From the NCBI RefSeq assembly GCF_009914755.1, contig NC_060947.1: a stretch of DNA of 64,000 nt. The stretch is one strand, 5' to 3'. Source of the stretch: the human T2T-CHM13v2.0 reference genome, Homo sapiens. The notes under the pieces are model-generated. The model had not been told where the DNA came from, did not search any database, and worked only from the letters and a program-made list of their open reading frames with translations. Each line of letters starts with the position of its first letter. Position 1 is the stretch's first letter. Position numbers and translations under genes: made by a program. Positions 15,570 through 29,261 of this stretch are shown one piece after another.

Positions 15570-16816
15570 TTAACACATATTTTGAATTTTCTATGTGCTA
15601 AAATATACTTACTACAAATTCAGTAAGTCAAACTGAACCAAGATTATAATATCCTTGTAAAATCCCAGGTGTGCAAGGACAATTTTGGAAAACCTGTTTT
15701 GTGCTATAGCGGTAAAATAAGGTTAAATAGCCTGGACTCGTGTGTATTTGAAGAAAATTACTTAAGCAAGTGTAAAATGGTTAACATTGCAGTATAAACT
15801 AAAATGTTTTGGAAGAGCAATTTGAGAAGAACTTTAATAAATAAGAACTATTCTTATTTTTACCAACTTTTTCAAGGATGCCATCATATAGAAATCATAG
15901 AACTACTCACAAAAAGACACAAGGATTAAGTTTTAACCGCACCATTTTTTTGTGAAAGGGACAATCTAAAGTCTTATTAATAAAGAAATGTTAAATTATG
16001 TTACATAAATTATGATATCCATGAATTTTCATTTCACACTAACAGTCAAGTATTCTGATGCATAGTCCAGAGACACATGTTAAACACTAAAATTGATGCT
16101 ATTAAAAACATAAAATTGAATGACTTGTGTATGAAAAGGGGTCCTGTTTAAGCCATGCAAAGACCATGGGGCAAGGCAGACAACTCTCTATGAATATGAC
16201 AGTCATGACACACCCCATAAAAATTACTTATGACTCAACCAAGAACACAAGCAGTATGAAGCAATGGGCATGCAACAAACTATAGATCATGAAATATTAT
16301 CAGAACTGTTTCTGATATAGCTCTGCTACTGTTACTATGTTACATGCACTCTTATTAAAAAGCCCCCTACATTAATTCTAGTAAGTAAATTTTCTGTTAC
16401 AAAAGTCCATATAGGCATTTATACCATGTGACATCTGGCAGAAATATATATAATAGTAGCAAGGAAAAACAAAAAACCTGGGTAGAATTAACACAAAATA
16501 GATTAATAAAAACATTCAAGATGGAGACTAGTAAACTGTTGAAGTAGGGAAGTCAAGAGTCATGAAAAGTCATTGACTCAAACATTATTAAAATAGAACC
16601 AAAAAATTTAGAGTATACAGAATGGCATCACATAAATGAGTCTAAATATAGATAGGCAGCAAGAGGCACAATAAATAGCAACATTTATAGTACTTCCACA
16701 ATCAAAATAATTCTATGCTATCACAGGAAAAGACAGTCAATGACACCAACCAGTGAGTCCAGAAGTCAAATAGATGAGAATTTAGTATTTGATGTGTAGA
16801 ACTTTAAATAAGTGAG

Positions 16817-16946
16817 CAGGCACAGGGGTACTTGCCTGCAGTCACAGATACTCAGGAGGCTGGGTCGAGAGGATCACTTGAGCCCAGGAGTTCAAATCTA
16901 GCCTGGGCAACATGGTAAAACCCTGTCTCTTAAAAAAAAAAAAAAA
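16817..16946 (+). mobile_element. Alu monomer (FLAM_A/FRAM-like)
   Basis: Monomer with polyA. Confidence 0.75.
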
Positions 16947-17545
16947 GAGTGAGCAAAATGTAGATTTTTCAGTAAATAGTATTGGGACAACAGCTAGCCA
17001 TTTAAAATAAAATGTGAAATCATTATATGGCTATCAACCTCAAAATAAAATCCAAAATGATCAATAACTTAAAAATAACTAAATCATGAAAGTACTTTGA
17101 GATACTGATTTCCTCTGACCTACTAAAAGCTATATTCAAAGATTTCCTAAAATTGAACCATTTTTGCATGGTTGGTATGAACACCACTTGCCCAATTGTG
17201 TATTGATCATAAATTTGCTCCTGGATTCTTGTTGCCAAATTTTTATTTATGTTATTTCCTTATATATCACTATTAAAAATAGGCTACAGATTTTTCAGTT
17301 TTTATCAAGCTATAAATATGCCGACTTCATAATAAGACCATTGTCTTTCATATACAGAGACCATCTCTGGGAAGGTTGAAGGTTGCTTGTATCTTGTAAG
17401 GAGGAAGGAAGATTGAGAACTGGGAATCTAAAAGCAGAAAGAAGACTTTTAACTAAAACAACTTTAGTACAAATTGAATTTTGTACTATTTACCATTTGC
17501 ACATATTACTTTTTTTAAAACAACTTATAATCTCATATCTACAAA

Positions 17546-17885
17546 AAATTAAAAAATTAGTGGAGAATGGTGTCCTGCGCCTATAGTCCCAGCTACTCAG
17601 GAGGCTGTGGTGGGAGGATCACTTGAGGCCAGGAGGTGGAGGTTGCAGCCAGCCAAGATGGTGCCACTTCACTCCAACCTGGGTGACAAAAGGAAACCCT
17701 GTCTCAAAAAAATAAAATTAGCCAGGCGTGGTGGCACGGGCTACTCAGGAGGCTGAGGTGGAAGGAGTGGAAGAATTGCTTGAGCCCAGGAGGTCGAGAT
17801 TACAGTGAGCCATGATCTTGCCACTGCACTCCAGCCTGGGCAACACAGTGAGACTGTCTCAAAAAAAAGAAAAAGGAAAAAAAAG
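17546..17885 (+). mobile_element. Two tandem Alu right monomers
   Basis: Two successive right-arm sequences, each ending gtctcaaaaa. Confidence 0.75.
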
Positions 17886-19443
17886 AAATGCCACTGGACT
17901 GCAACTTATAAATGATTAAAATGGTAAATTTTATGCTATATATATTTTACCACACACAAAAGGAAAAACAAATCACCTGGATCTTCCAAACATTGTATAT
18001 AGAAAATTTTTGTTCTCACTCTGGATACACCTGCCCCATTCTCCTAGCACCTAGAGGTAACTGCTTTCATATCTCAGTGCTATATGTTTAAAAAATATAA
18101 GTAAACATATGTTTCACCCATTTTCTTCCACAGAAGAAAACTCATTATATGTATTATCTTTATATGCCTTTGTTCACTTAATATAGCCTTCAAATTTTCT
18201 ATTACTGCATAGACTGCCACCTCATTCATTTCTAAAGCATTCTAGTATTCCATTGTGAGAATCTACCAGTTTATCCAGTCCCTTATTGATGAGCCCCTGG
18301 ATCGTTTCCAACCTTTTGCTATTATAAAATATTCTTCAATGTTACATATACAACTTGTTTCACTTTTTCAGCTATGTAGGATAATTCTTAGAAGAGGATT
18401 CACTAGATCAAATAAAGGCGACTTTAATTTTTTTTTCTCCCTTCCCTCCAGGAAGGCCGCCTCTACTCAGCCAGCAGCAGGAAACAGCCTGCTTTGGAGG
18501 TCAAATGGAGGGCTGGGTGGGGCCAGCTCAAACCTTCTATCCCCAGCTCTTTTGAAATTCCAGATCCCTGGCTTTGTCTTAAGCAAAAGTACTGTGGAAG
18601 CTGCAGCATTTCCTCCTCCTTTCCAGAAACTGAGCAAGAAAAGCCACCCTGGAAGGTGTACGAATGCTGCCTCATGCCCAACAAGCCACAGGGCCTGGAC
18701 GCACTAACTGCAGCCCCACAGCCACCACCCACCAGAGCCCAGGGAGATTCCCCAGGGCAACTATTACTTTGATAAATATCTCCAAAGTATCCTTCATAAG
18801 TATTATATTATTTTGCATTCCAGCATTCTATAAGTGCCAGTTTTCCCACAGTCCTGCCAACAAAGTTCTCAAATATTAACTTTCTGTAGTTTTTCACATT
18901 TCTCCTATAAATGACTTAAGCATGCTTTTATATATTAAAGTGCCATTGGTTTTCCTGGGAACTATCTGTTCATGACCATTGCTCATTTTTAACTAGGGTC
19001 TTTTAATTTTCCTTATTTTTTTAGAAGCTTTTTATATATTAATGGAGATTAGCACTTAATGTGTGTTGCAAATATTTTTTCCAGTTTCTTGTTTCTCTTT
19101 TGACTTCATTTAGAGCATTTTGACACAAAATATTTTATTTTTAAAAAAATTAATATTAATATTTAAATATTTAAAAATATTTTTTATGTAGCTGCATTTA
19201 TGAATCTTATTTTATGGCTTCTATGTTTGAAGAAAGAAAGATAAAGATGTGTTTACAACGCAGTGAGCAAAGGATAGTTTCATTAACAAATGGAATATGT
19301 AATTAACTAGGATAAAGAGTAAACCCTTTTCACTTAAATATCAGGTTAATTAAGAATTAAAAGACTTTGGAAGTATATGAAAAAATATACACAAATATAC
19401 TGATTTGGTCTCAGAGTTCAGAATTCCTTTCCGAAAATAAATC

Positions 19444-19916
19444 TGTTAGGGACAAACTGCCTCAAGAAGCTTCTTGGTGCTGCCTGCCCCTCCCCACTCT
19501 GCAACTCCTCTCCATGCTGCCCCAAGCCTTTTTACATTTCTAAGCCCTTATCTAGGCGCCACAGTGAAGCCAGCAGACTTTACCTATCAGGCCTCGCTGC
19601 TATAAAGCAAACCCCAATTACAAACCATCCGGACCGCACAGAGGGAGGTCGTGGGAAGCATAAACAAACTTTACCTACAATCTCCGGTACCATAAACGTC
19701 ACAAGGTGATAATGTGGCAGAATAAACCAGCAAACAACCCCGGGATGCGGCCATACCAAAGAACTCCCTCAAACTCCCTCCCCAATATAAACCCCTCATT
19801 CTGTAAGCTGGCTGCTGCTGCCTCCTTTGTCTGTGATAAAGCAGCCGGCGGGTTTAATAAAAGCTTGCCTGAACTTGGGTCTTGCTCTCTTGTCCTTTCT
19901 CCCGGCTGATCTTACA
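19444..19916 (+). mobile_element. Solo LTR (tentatively LTR3/HML-6-like)
   Basis: TG..CA termini, 5-bp TSD AAATC (19439-19443, 19917-19921), TATA-like AATATAAA ~19784, AATAAA ~19856; family assignment tentative. Confidence 0.8.
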
Positions 19917-20260
19917 AAATCAAAAGTCAAATATTTACTTAAATATGTTAAACTCAATTAAATTTCATGTCATGACACTTATCAATCTTTTATCTTAGGA
20001 ATTCTTCTTTTGGTATTAGGAATAAGAAAAGGATTGACATGCTTAATATCCTTAATATTTTAAGCACTCTTTTCCATTTTTTTTCTTTTTTCTTTTTCTG
20101 GTTCAGGTTTGAGCATTGATAAACACTCTTTAAAGAGAAACATTTTAATGTTTTGGAAGTGCTTTCCATAGTAATAAGCCTGTCCTCCCTTGACTCCTCA
20201 GCCGAGCTGACTAGCCTAGCTAGGAAAGAGCCAGTCAGGCTGACAGTTAATAAGAACTCA

Positions 20261-20521
20261 AGCTCATGCCTGAAATTCACAGTGCTTTAGGAGGCTGAGG
20301 TGGGAGGATCACTTGAGGCCCTTAGGTCAAGACCAACCTGGGCAACATAGCCAGACCCCATTCTCTAACAACAACAACAATAACAAAAATTAGCAGGGGG
20401 TGGTAGGAGGCTGAGGCAGGAGGATCACTTGAACCCAGGAGTTCAAGGTTGCAGTGAGCTATGATCACACCACCGCAATACAGCCTGTGCAACAGCCTGT
20501 ACAACCCTGTCTCCAAAAAAA
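20261..20521 (+). mobile_element. AluJ (deleted)
   Basis: Diverged dimer. Confidence 0.8.
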
Positions 20522-20952
20522 GAACCCAAGTTTTCAATATGCATAGCCACATATAAACTAGAACTTAAGCTGTAAGGAGTCCTGTGGAAGCAGAAACTCT
20601 AAGTAGAAGCCCTAGGGTAGAGAAGGGCATAGAAAGTCAAACAAGAGAGCAAAACAACCTGAGGCAAGAGGATGACAAAGCAAAAATGCAGCGCAAACAT
20701 GAACATGTTGGTGGGCACACACACATAGTTTCTCCAGATGCCTTGATTTCCTAATAGCTTTCTAGTTCCCCTTACTGAGAGGCATAGCTACATACCAGTT
20801 CCTTTGGTGGATTTCCAGTAAAATCCCTATCTCCCTTACTGCTCACAATCCCTTGCAGCCTTGCTAATTACAGCCCCCTCATTTGATCTGGCATTTGTGT
20901 TCTTCACAACAAAAACTTTACTAAAACCAGAGGCAAAATATAAAAATGTATC

Positions 20953-21400
20953 TGTCATATAATGAAGAATAAATCTAGTCTTTGTCTCCTGTTCCTGGTA
21001 CAGAGCTTAGAGAGGCTTGGAATTTCCTGATTAATGGAAGTGTCTTTGTTATTCATAAGAAGCCCCTTTGGACTATATCTGAGTTTATACTTGGGGGTGA
21101 CTCAAGGTAGGCCCTCACATAGTTTGAAAGGACGAGCTGGCCATGCCAGACAGACCAAGCATATGGTTAGAGGGTTGGAACTTTTAGCCACACCCCCAGA
21201 TGTTCAGAGATTAAAGAGGAGCTGGAGAAGGAAGTTAATCATGTGGCCAATAAAACTCTGCAAACTCAAAGTTCAAGGAGCTTCCTGGTGGATGAACACT
21301 TTGTGTGCCTGGTAGTTTGTGTTAACTCTGGGTAGTTAGTGTCAGAATTGAAATGAATTGCAGGATACCCAGTTGGTGTCAGACAATTGGTGTCAGAACA
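20953..21400 (+). mobile_element. MER21-like LTR
   Basis: ttggaatttcctga..gtctttgttattcat..ggccatgccaga..agggttggaactttt..ttggtgtcaga motifs. Confidence 0.6.
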
Positions 21401-21779
21401 GTCTCTATCACTCATTATTCACCTACCAACTAACGAAATTATTAACTTTTTTCCACCAAAGTAGTACATTTTCATTAAGGAAAAAAAAAAGGATAACCAA
21501 CATGAATGTTTTGGTGGCTATACTTCAACATTTTTAACTCTACTAGGAAAATGCATCAAAGAGGTTATAAAACTTACCTCAATTTTCGATATGGAGGAAA
21601 ATACTATTATCTATATCAAATTATGCCCAGATACCACAGCCAATCTGTGTTTTTAAATCTCGTCAAATGAAAAGGCCTATTATTTTAAACAAATTTCCTA
21701 TATTCTAATTACACTGATGTGAAACCACACAATAAAAATCTAATATTCCCTTGTACTTCTTTCTTAAAGAATGGTGCCA

Positions 21780-22079
21780 GGCCGGGCACGGTGGCTCACC
21801 CCTGTAATCCCAGCACTTTGGGAGGCCGAGGCAGGTGGATCACAAGGTCAGGAGATCGAGACCATCCTGGCTAACACGGTGAAACCCCATCTCTACTAAA
21901 AATACAAAAAAATTAGCTGAGCATTGTGGCACGTGCCTGTAATACCAGGTACTCGGGAGGCTGAGGCAGGAGAATGGCGTGAACCCAGGAGGCGGAGCCT
22001 GCAGTGAGCCTAGATCGCGCCACTGCACTCCAGCCTGGGCGACAGAGTGAGACTCCGTCTCAAAAAAAAAAAAAAAAAA
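21780..22079 (+). mobile_element. AluY-like
   Basis: ggagatcgagaccatcctggctaacacggtg..aatggcgtgaaccc; TSD aaagaatgg. Confidence 0.9.
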
Positions 22080-22440
22080 GAATGGCTCCTTCCAAATATT
22101 TGAACACCAATTTCCAAGTAAACTGTGGGGAAGGAATGACATCCAAATTTTTAAATTAACACAATTCTTTCAGGTAACTCTATGCATAGTATGAGAGCAA
22201 AAGGAAGCAAACAAAAACAGCCAATATATCAAAGATTTTGTTTAAAATCCTGTAAGCTTAGGTTATTGTCTTTAACTTAACCTAAAGGACTCCCAATATT
22301 TTTTAGCATGCCCCAAATACAACAGGAATCATGTATTTAAACTCATTCTTATTAAACTGGCCCACTTCTGCCCTTAAGCAGTTTGCATGTGATCAGTTAC
22401 AGAAGGGTCCAGTATTTAACCATTTTACACATTCAGCTTA

Positions 22441-22875
22441 TGTGCACAGACTGAGACTAGTATCCTTAGGAAGACCTGCTGCCAAGGTTGGCCTTTTACT
22501 AGATTGTTTGTGCAAATAAAAGTGGGTCATGTTGAATACCTGCTTTCCTTCTGGGAATGTGGAATTTTGGTACATGCAAAGCAGAAAGTGCCTACAGGAC
22601 CAACCTACAATAGAAACTTTGGGTGCCAAGTCTCTAATGGGCTCCTCGAGCAGAAACATGGCACACGTGTTGCCAAATTTTTATTGCTACAAGAATGAGC
22701 TCTGTATGACCACTCATGAGAGGGAGAGAGCATAAGGAGACCTGCACGCTGGTTCCTCCAGACTCTACCTTCTCTTTTTCCCTTATGCTAACCTTAGAAA
22801 GGCTATATATGCTTATTATGTTGCTGTAACAAGTCTTAGCTGTATGACTTTATGTTGAGTCCCATGATCTATGAC
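22441..22875 (+). mobile_element. MER68/MER77-like ERVL LTR
   Basis: tgtgcacagactgagactagtatccttaggaagacctgc..aaggttggcc start resembles MER68. Confidence 0.55.
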
Positions 22876-23596
22876 CCGCAAGACACTGTCTACTTTTCGG
22901 TATTAAGCTGCCAAACCATAGAGGCAACCTTTCTTTTTTTCCAACTTTCAAAATGCATTTTCACAATTACAGTTAAACAGTACATGTATGTATAATATAA
23001 CAGTTAGATGTTTCTGGTTATAATTCTCCTGTTGCACTTTCATTACTAGGTTAGAACTGTCAATAAATGAGATTATACATACAGAACACAAAACCACAGC
23101 TCAGTAATTACTTCTGACTTAGAATAAAATGTTACACTGGTTTTTAGGCAAAACGGTGCATTTATCTAGCAAAGCAAGACATTTTTCTTTTTGGACAGGG
23201 TACCTTTCTCCACAAAAAAGGAACAATGGTATTTCCCAAATTTGTTTCCTAATCTCATTCCCAGCAAGACACTTTTCTTCTTTAGTGATGCAGAAGATCC
23301 TTTTACATATTAAACTAAAATATATAGTTTATGTCCTACTTTCAGTTAATGTCATTACTATCAAGTTCCAGGCTAATAAAAACAGGAACTTGGGGGACCT
23401 CCTCTTTCAGCTTTGGTGCCCCCCTCCCTCTGTCTCTGTAAGGGGGAGCTTCTTCCATCTGTCTTCTCTCTTCCTTCTTGCCTATTAAACTCTCCACTCC
23501 TTAAAACCACTCCACATGTGTCCATGTTGTTTTATCTAAACCAGCCTGAGGAACAAGAACCCTGGTGTTCCTCCACTCATCAGAGCCATATCATTT

Positions 23597-23613
23597 TGGT
23601 GCATGGGCGGGAA
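23597..23613 (+). other. Primer-binding site, tRNA-Gly type
   Basis: TGGTGCATGGGC-GGGAA just after U5 ..CA; complementary to the tRNA-Gly(GCC) 3' end with one deletion. Confidence 0.75.
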
Positions 23614-24520
23614 AAGGAAAATTCAATCATCAGACTGGTGAGTATGGAGCGGATCTCAACTTCAAATCTGTCCTTTAATCTCAAGACTTTCTTCCAGCTA
23701 CCCTGTCACCAAACTTTCTATTGGTGGTCTCTTACCCTCTCTCTGGGTGTTCAATGTGCAGGAATCTTTACAGTTCAGGGAAAACAGGTCTGTCAGAAAA
23801 GATCGTGAATCACGGCAGGCAGTAACTCAATAAATGTTTCTCTCTCTGTTTTCCCTGGCAAGCACATGGTATTTCTAAGCCGCCTAGTAGAAATCAGGCT
23901 CTAGGCCTCTTTTGGGAACGGGAAGTTTTTGCTTTTAACAGTTAGGAGTAAGATGTCTTCCCTAGCCGAATTTTAGTCTCGATATTGTCCCCACTGGCAG
24001 GAAAACGGCCATTAGGCTCCTACGTTCCTTTAAGGCATTGATTTTGTCTCCTATTAAGACAGTACTGAATTAGTAAGGGGATTTTTGAGTCCGGAAGTTA
24101 ACCAGAACCATTCTTCCATGAGTAAATGCTTTAGCATGGGCTATAATAGCAGAATACACAGTTCAATCTAGCACTCCCCCTCCCTTAAAGGGGCCTTGCC
24201 CAATTACATGGTTTTTCTTGAAATCCGTGTTTTGGAAGGCACACAGGCCACGCAAGTCTAGAAGGTCAAAGGGAAATAAAAGGCAGAGTACTGATTGCTT
24301 GGGGACAGCGTGACCAAGGAACTCAGTTCCTCTGGTGCCACAGCTTGGAGGGTCACACCTGCAGTCATGGGTGGCACATTTAAGCAGGTGCCGGGAATCC
24401 TGGAGCAACAGAGAGAAAATAGTTGGGGGGATGCCCTCTATTGTTTTCATCTCCACCCTGGATCACATACTGAAAGGAAGGAGACTAAAAGGACGCTTTT
24501 ATTCTCACTTCTTTTTCTAG

Positions 24521-24935
24521 ATGGGTAACAGATCGTCTTCAATGTGCACTCCCATGGAGTATATGTTGAAGCACTGGGACTCCTTCGACCTTGAAACTTT
24601 GAAGAAAAAGTGGCTTATTTTCTTTTGCACAAGGGTATGGTCTTTTTACTAGACCTTTGCAACATTGCAAGATCAAGCCAGCTCTTTTAGCAACCATATC
24701 GGGCAGGTCCAGGGAAACTAGTTCCCCAAAATTAAAAAAGTAACTTTCAAGGAAATCATCTGATGGTCCCTCTTATTTTGGGCCCCTTTAATGACCTTAG
24801 GCAAGTAAAGGCAAACTGAGGCTGATTTTCTGACGACCCTGATAGGTATATAGAAGCTTTCCAAAATTTAACTCACGTATTTGACCTCATATGGAGGGAT
24901 GTTATGTTGCTGCTAAGTCAAACCCTCACTGCTGC
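24521..24935 (+). pseudogene. Disrupted gag remnant (MA N-terminus and CA fragment)
   Basis: MGNRSSSMCTPMEYMLKHWDSFDLETLKKKWLIFFCTRVW* from 24521; FSDDPDRYIEAFQNLTHVFDLIWRDVMLLLSQTLT from ~24827; resembles HERV9/W-like gag. Confidence 0.8.
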
Positions 24936-25659
24936 TAAAACAGGCAGCTCTGCAAGCAGAAGAAAATTTTGGAGATAAGCAATATGTCTCCTATAGTGGG
25001 CCAGAAGGGAAAAGAGAAAAATAGGGAAGGCAAAGAAATAGGGGAAACACCATTCCCAATAGGAAGAGAGGTATTACTTCTTAACAACCCTAATTGAAAC
25101 TCCTTTCTAAGGTGTTTTTCCTTCTTTTGTGGTTTAAAATGGCTTCTGTCTCTTTTATAATGTTGTTCCAACCTAGGAAAAGTTAATTTGCCAAATCTTA
25201 AAATGCTTGGCATAGAGTTGAGCTAGGGGAAAGTGGACCCAGAAGCCTGATGTGCCGGCAAAAGGGTAAACATTTCTTAGCAGTTGGGCTTTTGGCTTCT
25301 CTCTCCTTGTGCAAACCGGTAAAAGGGATAATAAGGATCACTGTTGATGTTCTCTGTAAATGTATAATTAATGAAAAAGGATTTGTAAGGCTGGCCTTAA
25401 GCTGTAGACAATCTTGTGTGCTTTGCATGTCTTTCTGTATGGTTCTGTCAAAGAAAGGGAATCTTAGGTTAGGATGCAGGCCCAGGACCCCATAAGCCTG
25501 CTGTTCAAGCCAGTCCAGCAAAGCGGTCAGTGGCAAAGTCGGCTACAGGTCTCCATCTTGTTTCATGTCTTTGGGAATGTCATCTGTAACTGCATGGCAA
25601 TACTTTGTTTTAGTCTCCGCCATTTTACAATGGTGGCTGTCTTTTTGTGCTAAATCAGA

Positions 25660-26039
25660 TAAGCCAGTTTGTCAATCTGGGTGGTGCCAGCTGATCTATC
25701 AAGGGCAGGGTTTACAAAATATCTTAAGTACTGATCTTGAGAGCAGTTTAGGGAGGGTCAAAATCTTGTGGCCTCCAGCTCCTGGGCCATGGTTTCTAAT
25801 CCTGTGGTTAGTTTCTTGGACTGGTCCCCAGGTAAGAGGGAAATATATCTTGGGAAGCCGCTGTTATCGTCTTTGTTTTAGACTATAGACTGTAAACCAG
25901 GCTCCTCCCAAAGTTGGTTTAGCCTACACCCAGAGATGGGCAAGGACAGCTTGAGGGTTGGAAACCTGGAAACAAAATGGAGTTGTTTGGGTGGGATCTC
26001 TTTGACTGTCTCAGTGACAGTTTTGCAATGACAGTTTCA
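25660..26039 (-). mobile_element. Inverted LTR8-like fragment inside the ERV internal region
   Basis: Minus strand begins TGAAACTGTCATTGCAAAACTGTCACTGAGACAGTCAAAGAGATC, similar to the LTR8 5' end. Confidence 0.65.
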
Positions 26040-28954
26040 AAAGCTGTCTATCACTCCTTTAAAAATACCTTGTACACTCGTAATTAAATCATAACCTAAT
26101 TAAGGCTCGTTGGTTTCACCTATAAGGGTACTTTCTGTAAAGTTCAAAAGCCGAAAATCTTAACTGCTTGGTGTGGCTAAAGTCAAGTAACAAGGGATTT
26201 AAAAGGATTTTCTTAAAGAGTGCTCAGCTTAATTAAAAGTAAATATTCAAGTTATAGGTATATTTAAAGGCCTTTATGCTTTTCTCTTCTTGAATCTTGC
26301 TTTTCTGGAAAAGGGCTCTTTTCTTCTCAGTTGACTGAATTATTTTCTCCGTTTTTTGTCTTACCCCTCTTAATGCATGCATAAAAAGCCCTAAAATAAC
26401 TTCTGGTAGTATGGGACTCCTGGGGAAAAACAGAGGAGGCACCGCAAACCCTGTTTTCAGAAAAAGCCTGTTTTCCTCATGAAACCCCAGGAATTAAAAG
26501 GAGATAGATCCCTCTCAAAATCAAAGGCTTTATTCTGTTTTGCACTGTGTTATCTGACGGTTTTGAGTTTTGGGGGTTATCAGAATTACTTTGCATTATG
26601 AGAGAGCTTTGGTGTGTAATAACTAGGTAGAAAATACACAGTAAGGGATGGCTAATAGCAGTTACAAAACAGAGAAGCATGCTCTTGGCCACCTGGAAGA
26701 TAAGGAAACATCCCCATCCCCCACTGGGAGATGAGACGCCCATCAGGGATGGGCTGATTACAAAATAAGCCAATTGGCTTTGGGTTGCCTTGCAATGAAA
26801 TGCATGGTAGAAGCACTACACCATCTTCTCCCATAGCATCTATACGGTCTTTTCATGAATTAAGCATTAAAATAGAAGCACAGCAAGGAGGTCTTAAGAC
26901 ACTAATCTGCCCTTTAGTAAAAGGGTTACAAAAGGTTTGTAAAGATTTCACCTCATGGTCAAATTGGTTAGGATTAGACGGGATAATCTATAAGGGTTCA
27001 TGGAAACGAACTGGAATTAACATTAATAAACTAATGCAAGGGAAAAATTTTGCTTTGAACAAAATTTTCATATCATAGTAAAGGCTGATGAAAGGCTTTT
27101 GCCTTTTGAGTTATTTTTACAAAATAATTTATGGCAATCTGGAAATTGTCATTACTGCTGCCTGGCTTTCTGGATGGTTCAGAGGGCCCCTGAAATATTC
27201 AGAAAAGAGGTAAACAAGATCACTTGACATGTTTAGTCACATGAGATTGCCAAAATGATGTCCAATCTTCTTTATTGCTATAAAGTTATATTGTTGTAAG
27301 TTATATTTTGGTGAATAAATACTAATATGTTCCAAAATTGTATGAGATTTCTAAAATTCTAATGTCTAAGTATATGCTATCAATCATAATTAAGGGTAAA
27401 GTTATTGTAAACCACGAAGATAAGTAAACTTCTTTCTTAGTCATATATTTAACTGTAACTATCCTGGAAATTTGTCATTCGCAGACAATTGTTGTCTTCC
27501 TTTGTTCCTTCTCAAAAGACAGTTTATAATAAAGCTATATTAGGGACTTTAACAGGTGTTGTTAAATGCAGGTTTTTAATAGCCTTAAAGATTGTAACAT
27601 TGAAATAAAGAATGTACGGGACTCAAAGAATTGACATGTTGACAAATACCAAGCAAAACAAAAGTTAACTAAGTGGACTACACTCAGAAAGTTAAAGCAA
27701 CCTTTTTGACTGTTGCTTGGAATATTGCTAATCCTTGTTTTGATTTTCAGAGTCAAGGGAAGTTATTTTAAACTATTTATGGCCTTTAATGATTGAGTAA
27801 GGTATACCCCTGTGAACAAAATTTGGAGCATGTTTACTTTTCTCTGCCTGGTTCCCCTAGAATTTGGAAACTATCTGTGAGTACTCTTAATTTATGGCAA
27901 TATAGTTGTTTGCATCAGTGCAATACGAATCCATTTTTCTTTGTCAACAGGACACAATTGGAAAAACTGGTTATTTTACCAAGGCTTTGACTGAAAGGGT
28001 GTGTTTCCCTTTAAGGAATCAAGCTTGACATGCAAAGCCAATAAAAGCCCCTTGTGGAGAACTGGCCTCATACCTTGTCTGCACAGTCCCCACACAGGGT
28101 TCCTAACCTGTGGTCAGTAAAGAATGTCACTTTCTAACAGGTATAGAAGCTCAGAGTTTATCTTGGGAACTCAAGAGGAGAGGATCACCCAACTCACAGG
28201 TATTAAAGGATACAACCCATGGCTGGGCTGGCTTTAAGTCTTATCTGAAATTCCTTGTGGAACAGAGTTTCATCAAAGCCAATCCAAAAGGCCTATGTAA
28301 AAATAACCATTCTTGCTGCACTTTATGCAAATAATCAGGCCAAGTATAAGACTAAAGTTTATTCATAGTTTTTACCAAAAATGAGGACTGGAGAGAAAAA
28401 TTTTGCCCCAAAGCTTATCATAAATTTGTCATTAAAGCCTACTCTCATTAATTGTTTTTAAGCTTTTTGCCTATGTTTTAGACTAACCTTGCTTATTCCT
28501 GTGAATCACGTGGTGATCTTCTGCAGCTTGGAATAAAAGAATAGGGATGGGTAAGGTAAAAATGTGAATCAATATGCTAGTTCTGGGCAATTATCTTGCA
28601 AATTCTGCCAGATAATTAAAGTAAGTGCCCATAACCTGGAGGTTTCTGTTTGGGAAAATAAAACCAGGGAACTTCATAGACCCCCAAAGGGGAATTCTAA
28701 TATCTTGGCAAGTAAAATTTTAGATGGAAATTACCTGCCACACCACATTTGTGGGAACTGCTGTCCTCACCCTACTATTTGCAATAGCGTTACACATGGT
28801 ACCACCTTCTAACTGAAATATTGGACAGAGAGTTTCCATTGCTGTAGTATTTTGCTTAATTATTATCCTTATAGCAAGGATAATAGTTGACAAAAAGGAA
28901 GCATGAAAGTTTTACTATCACTGAGTCTGCTAGGACTTTTTATTAGGTTTAGTA

Positions 28955-29261
28955 ATGTAGTTTTAAATGAAACATGCTGCTTTTGGATTAACAACTCTAG
29001 TAAAGTAGAGGAAAATCTACGCGTACTTAGAAATCAAATCAAAATTATTGACAGGCTCAGGGAAAATGCCAGCTTCAGCCCGAGTGGCTACAATCCCTCT
29101 TTAATAAATTCCAGTCTTCTTTATGGAATTGGTTAACCCCTTTATTAAGCACTCTCTTGCTTATCTGTCTTGTATTGATATTTGGACCCTGTATACTCAA
29201 TATTATAACTCAAATTGTTTCTTCTCGCCTAGAAGCAATCAAACTTCAAATGGTGCTGTAA
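28955..29261 (+). pseudogene. env transmembrane-subunit remnant (frameshifted)
   Basis: VVLNETCCFWINNSSKVEENL.. then WNWLTPLLSTLLLICLVLIFGPCILNIITQIVSSRLEAIKLQMVL, a gammaretroviral TM C-terminus. Confidence 0.8.

Larger units (their letters stand above)
16420..19220. mobile_element. Fragmented old L1M/L1ME pieces, both orientations
   Basis: cacaggaaaagacagtcaatg..aaatagtattgggacaa; tagtattccattgtg..gttgcaaatattttttccagtt. Confidence 0.5.

Noticed and set aside
18255-18707. 150-aa ORF across the L1/orphan insertion junction
   Set aside because: Chimeric open frame starting in decayed L1 with a GTG start; no homology apparent
28903-29136. 77-aa ORF with hydrophobic N-terminus as a possible functional env protein
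   Set aside because: Short frameshifted TM remnant lacking SU, fusion peptide and immunosuppressive domain
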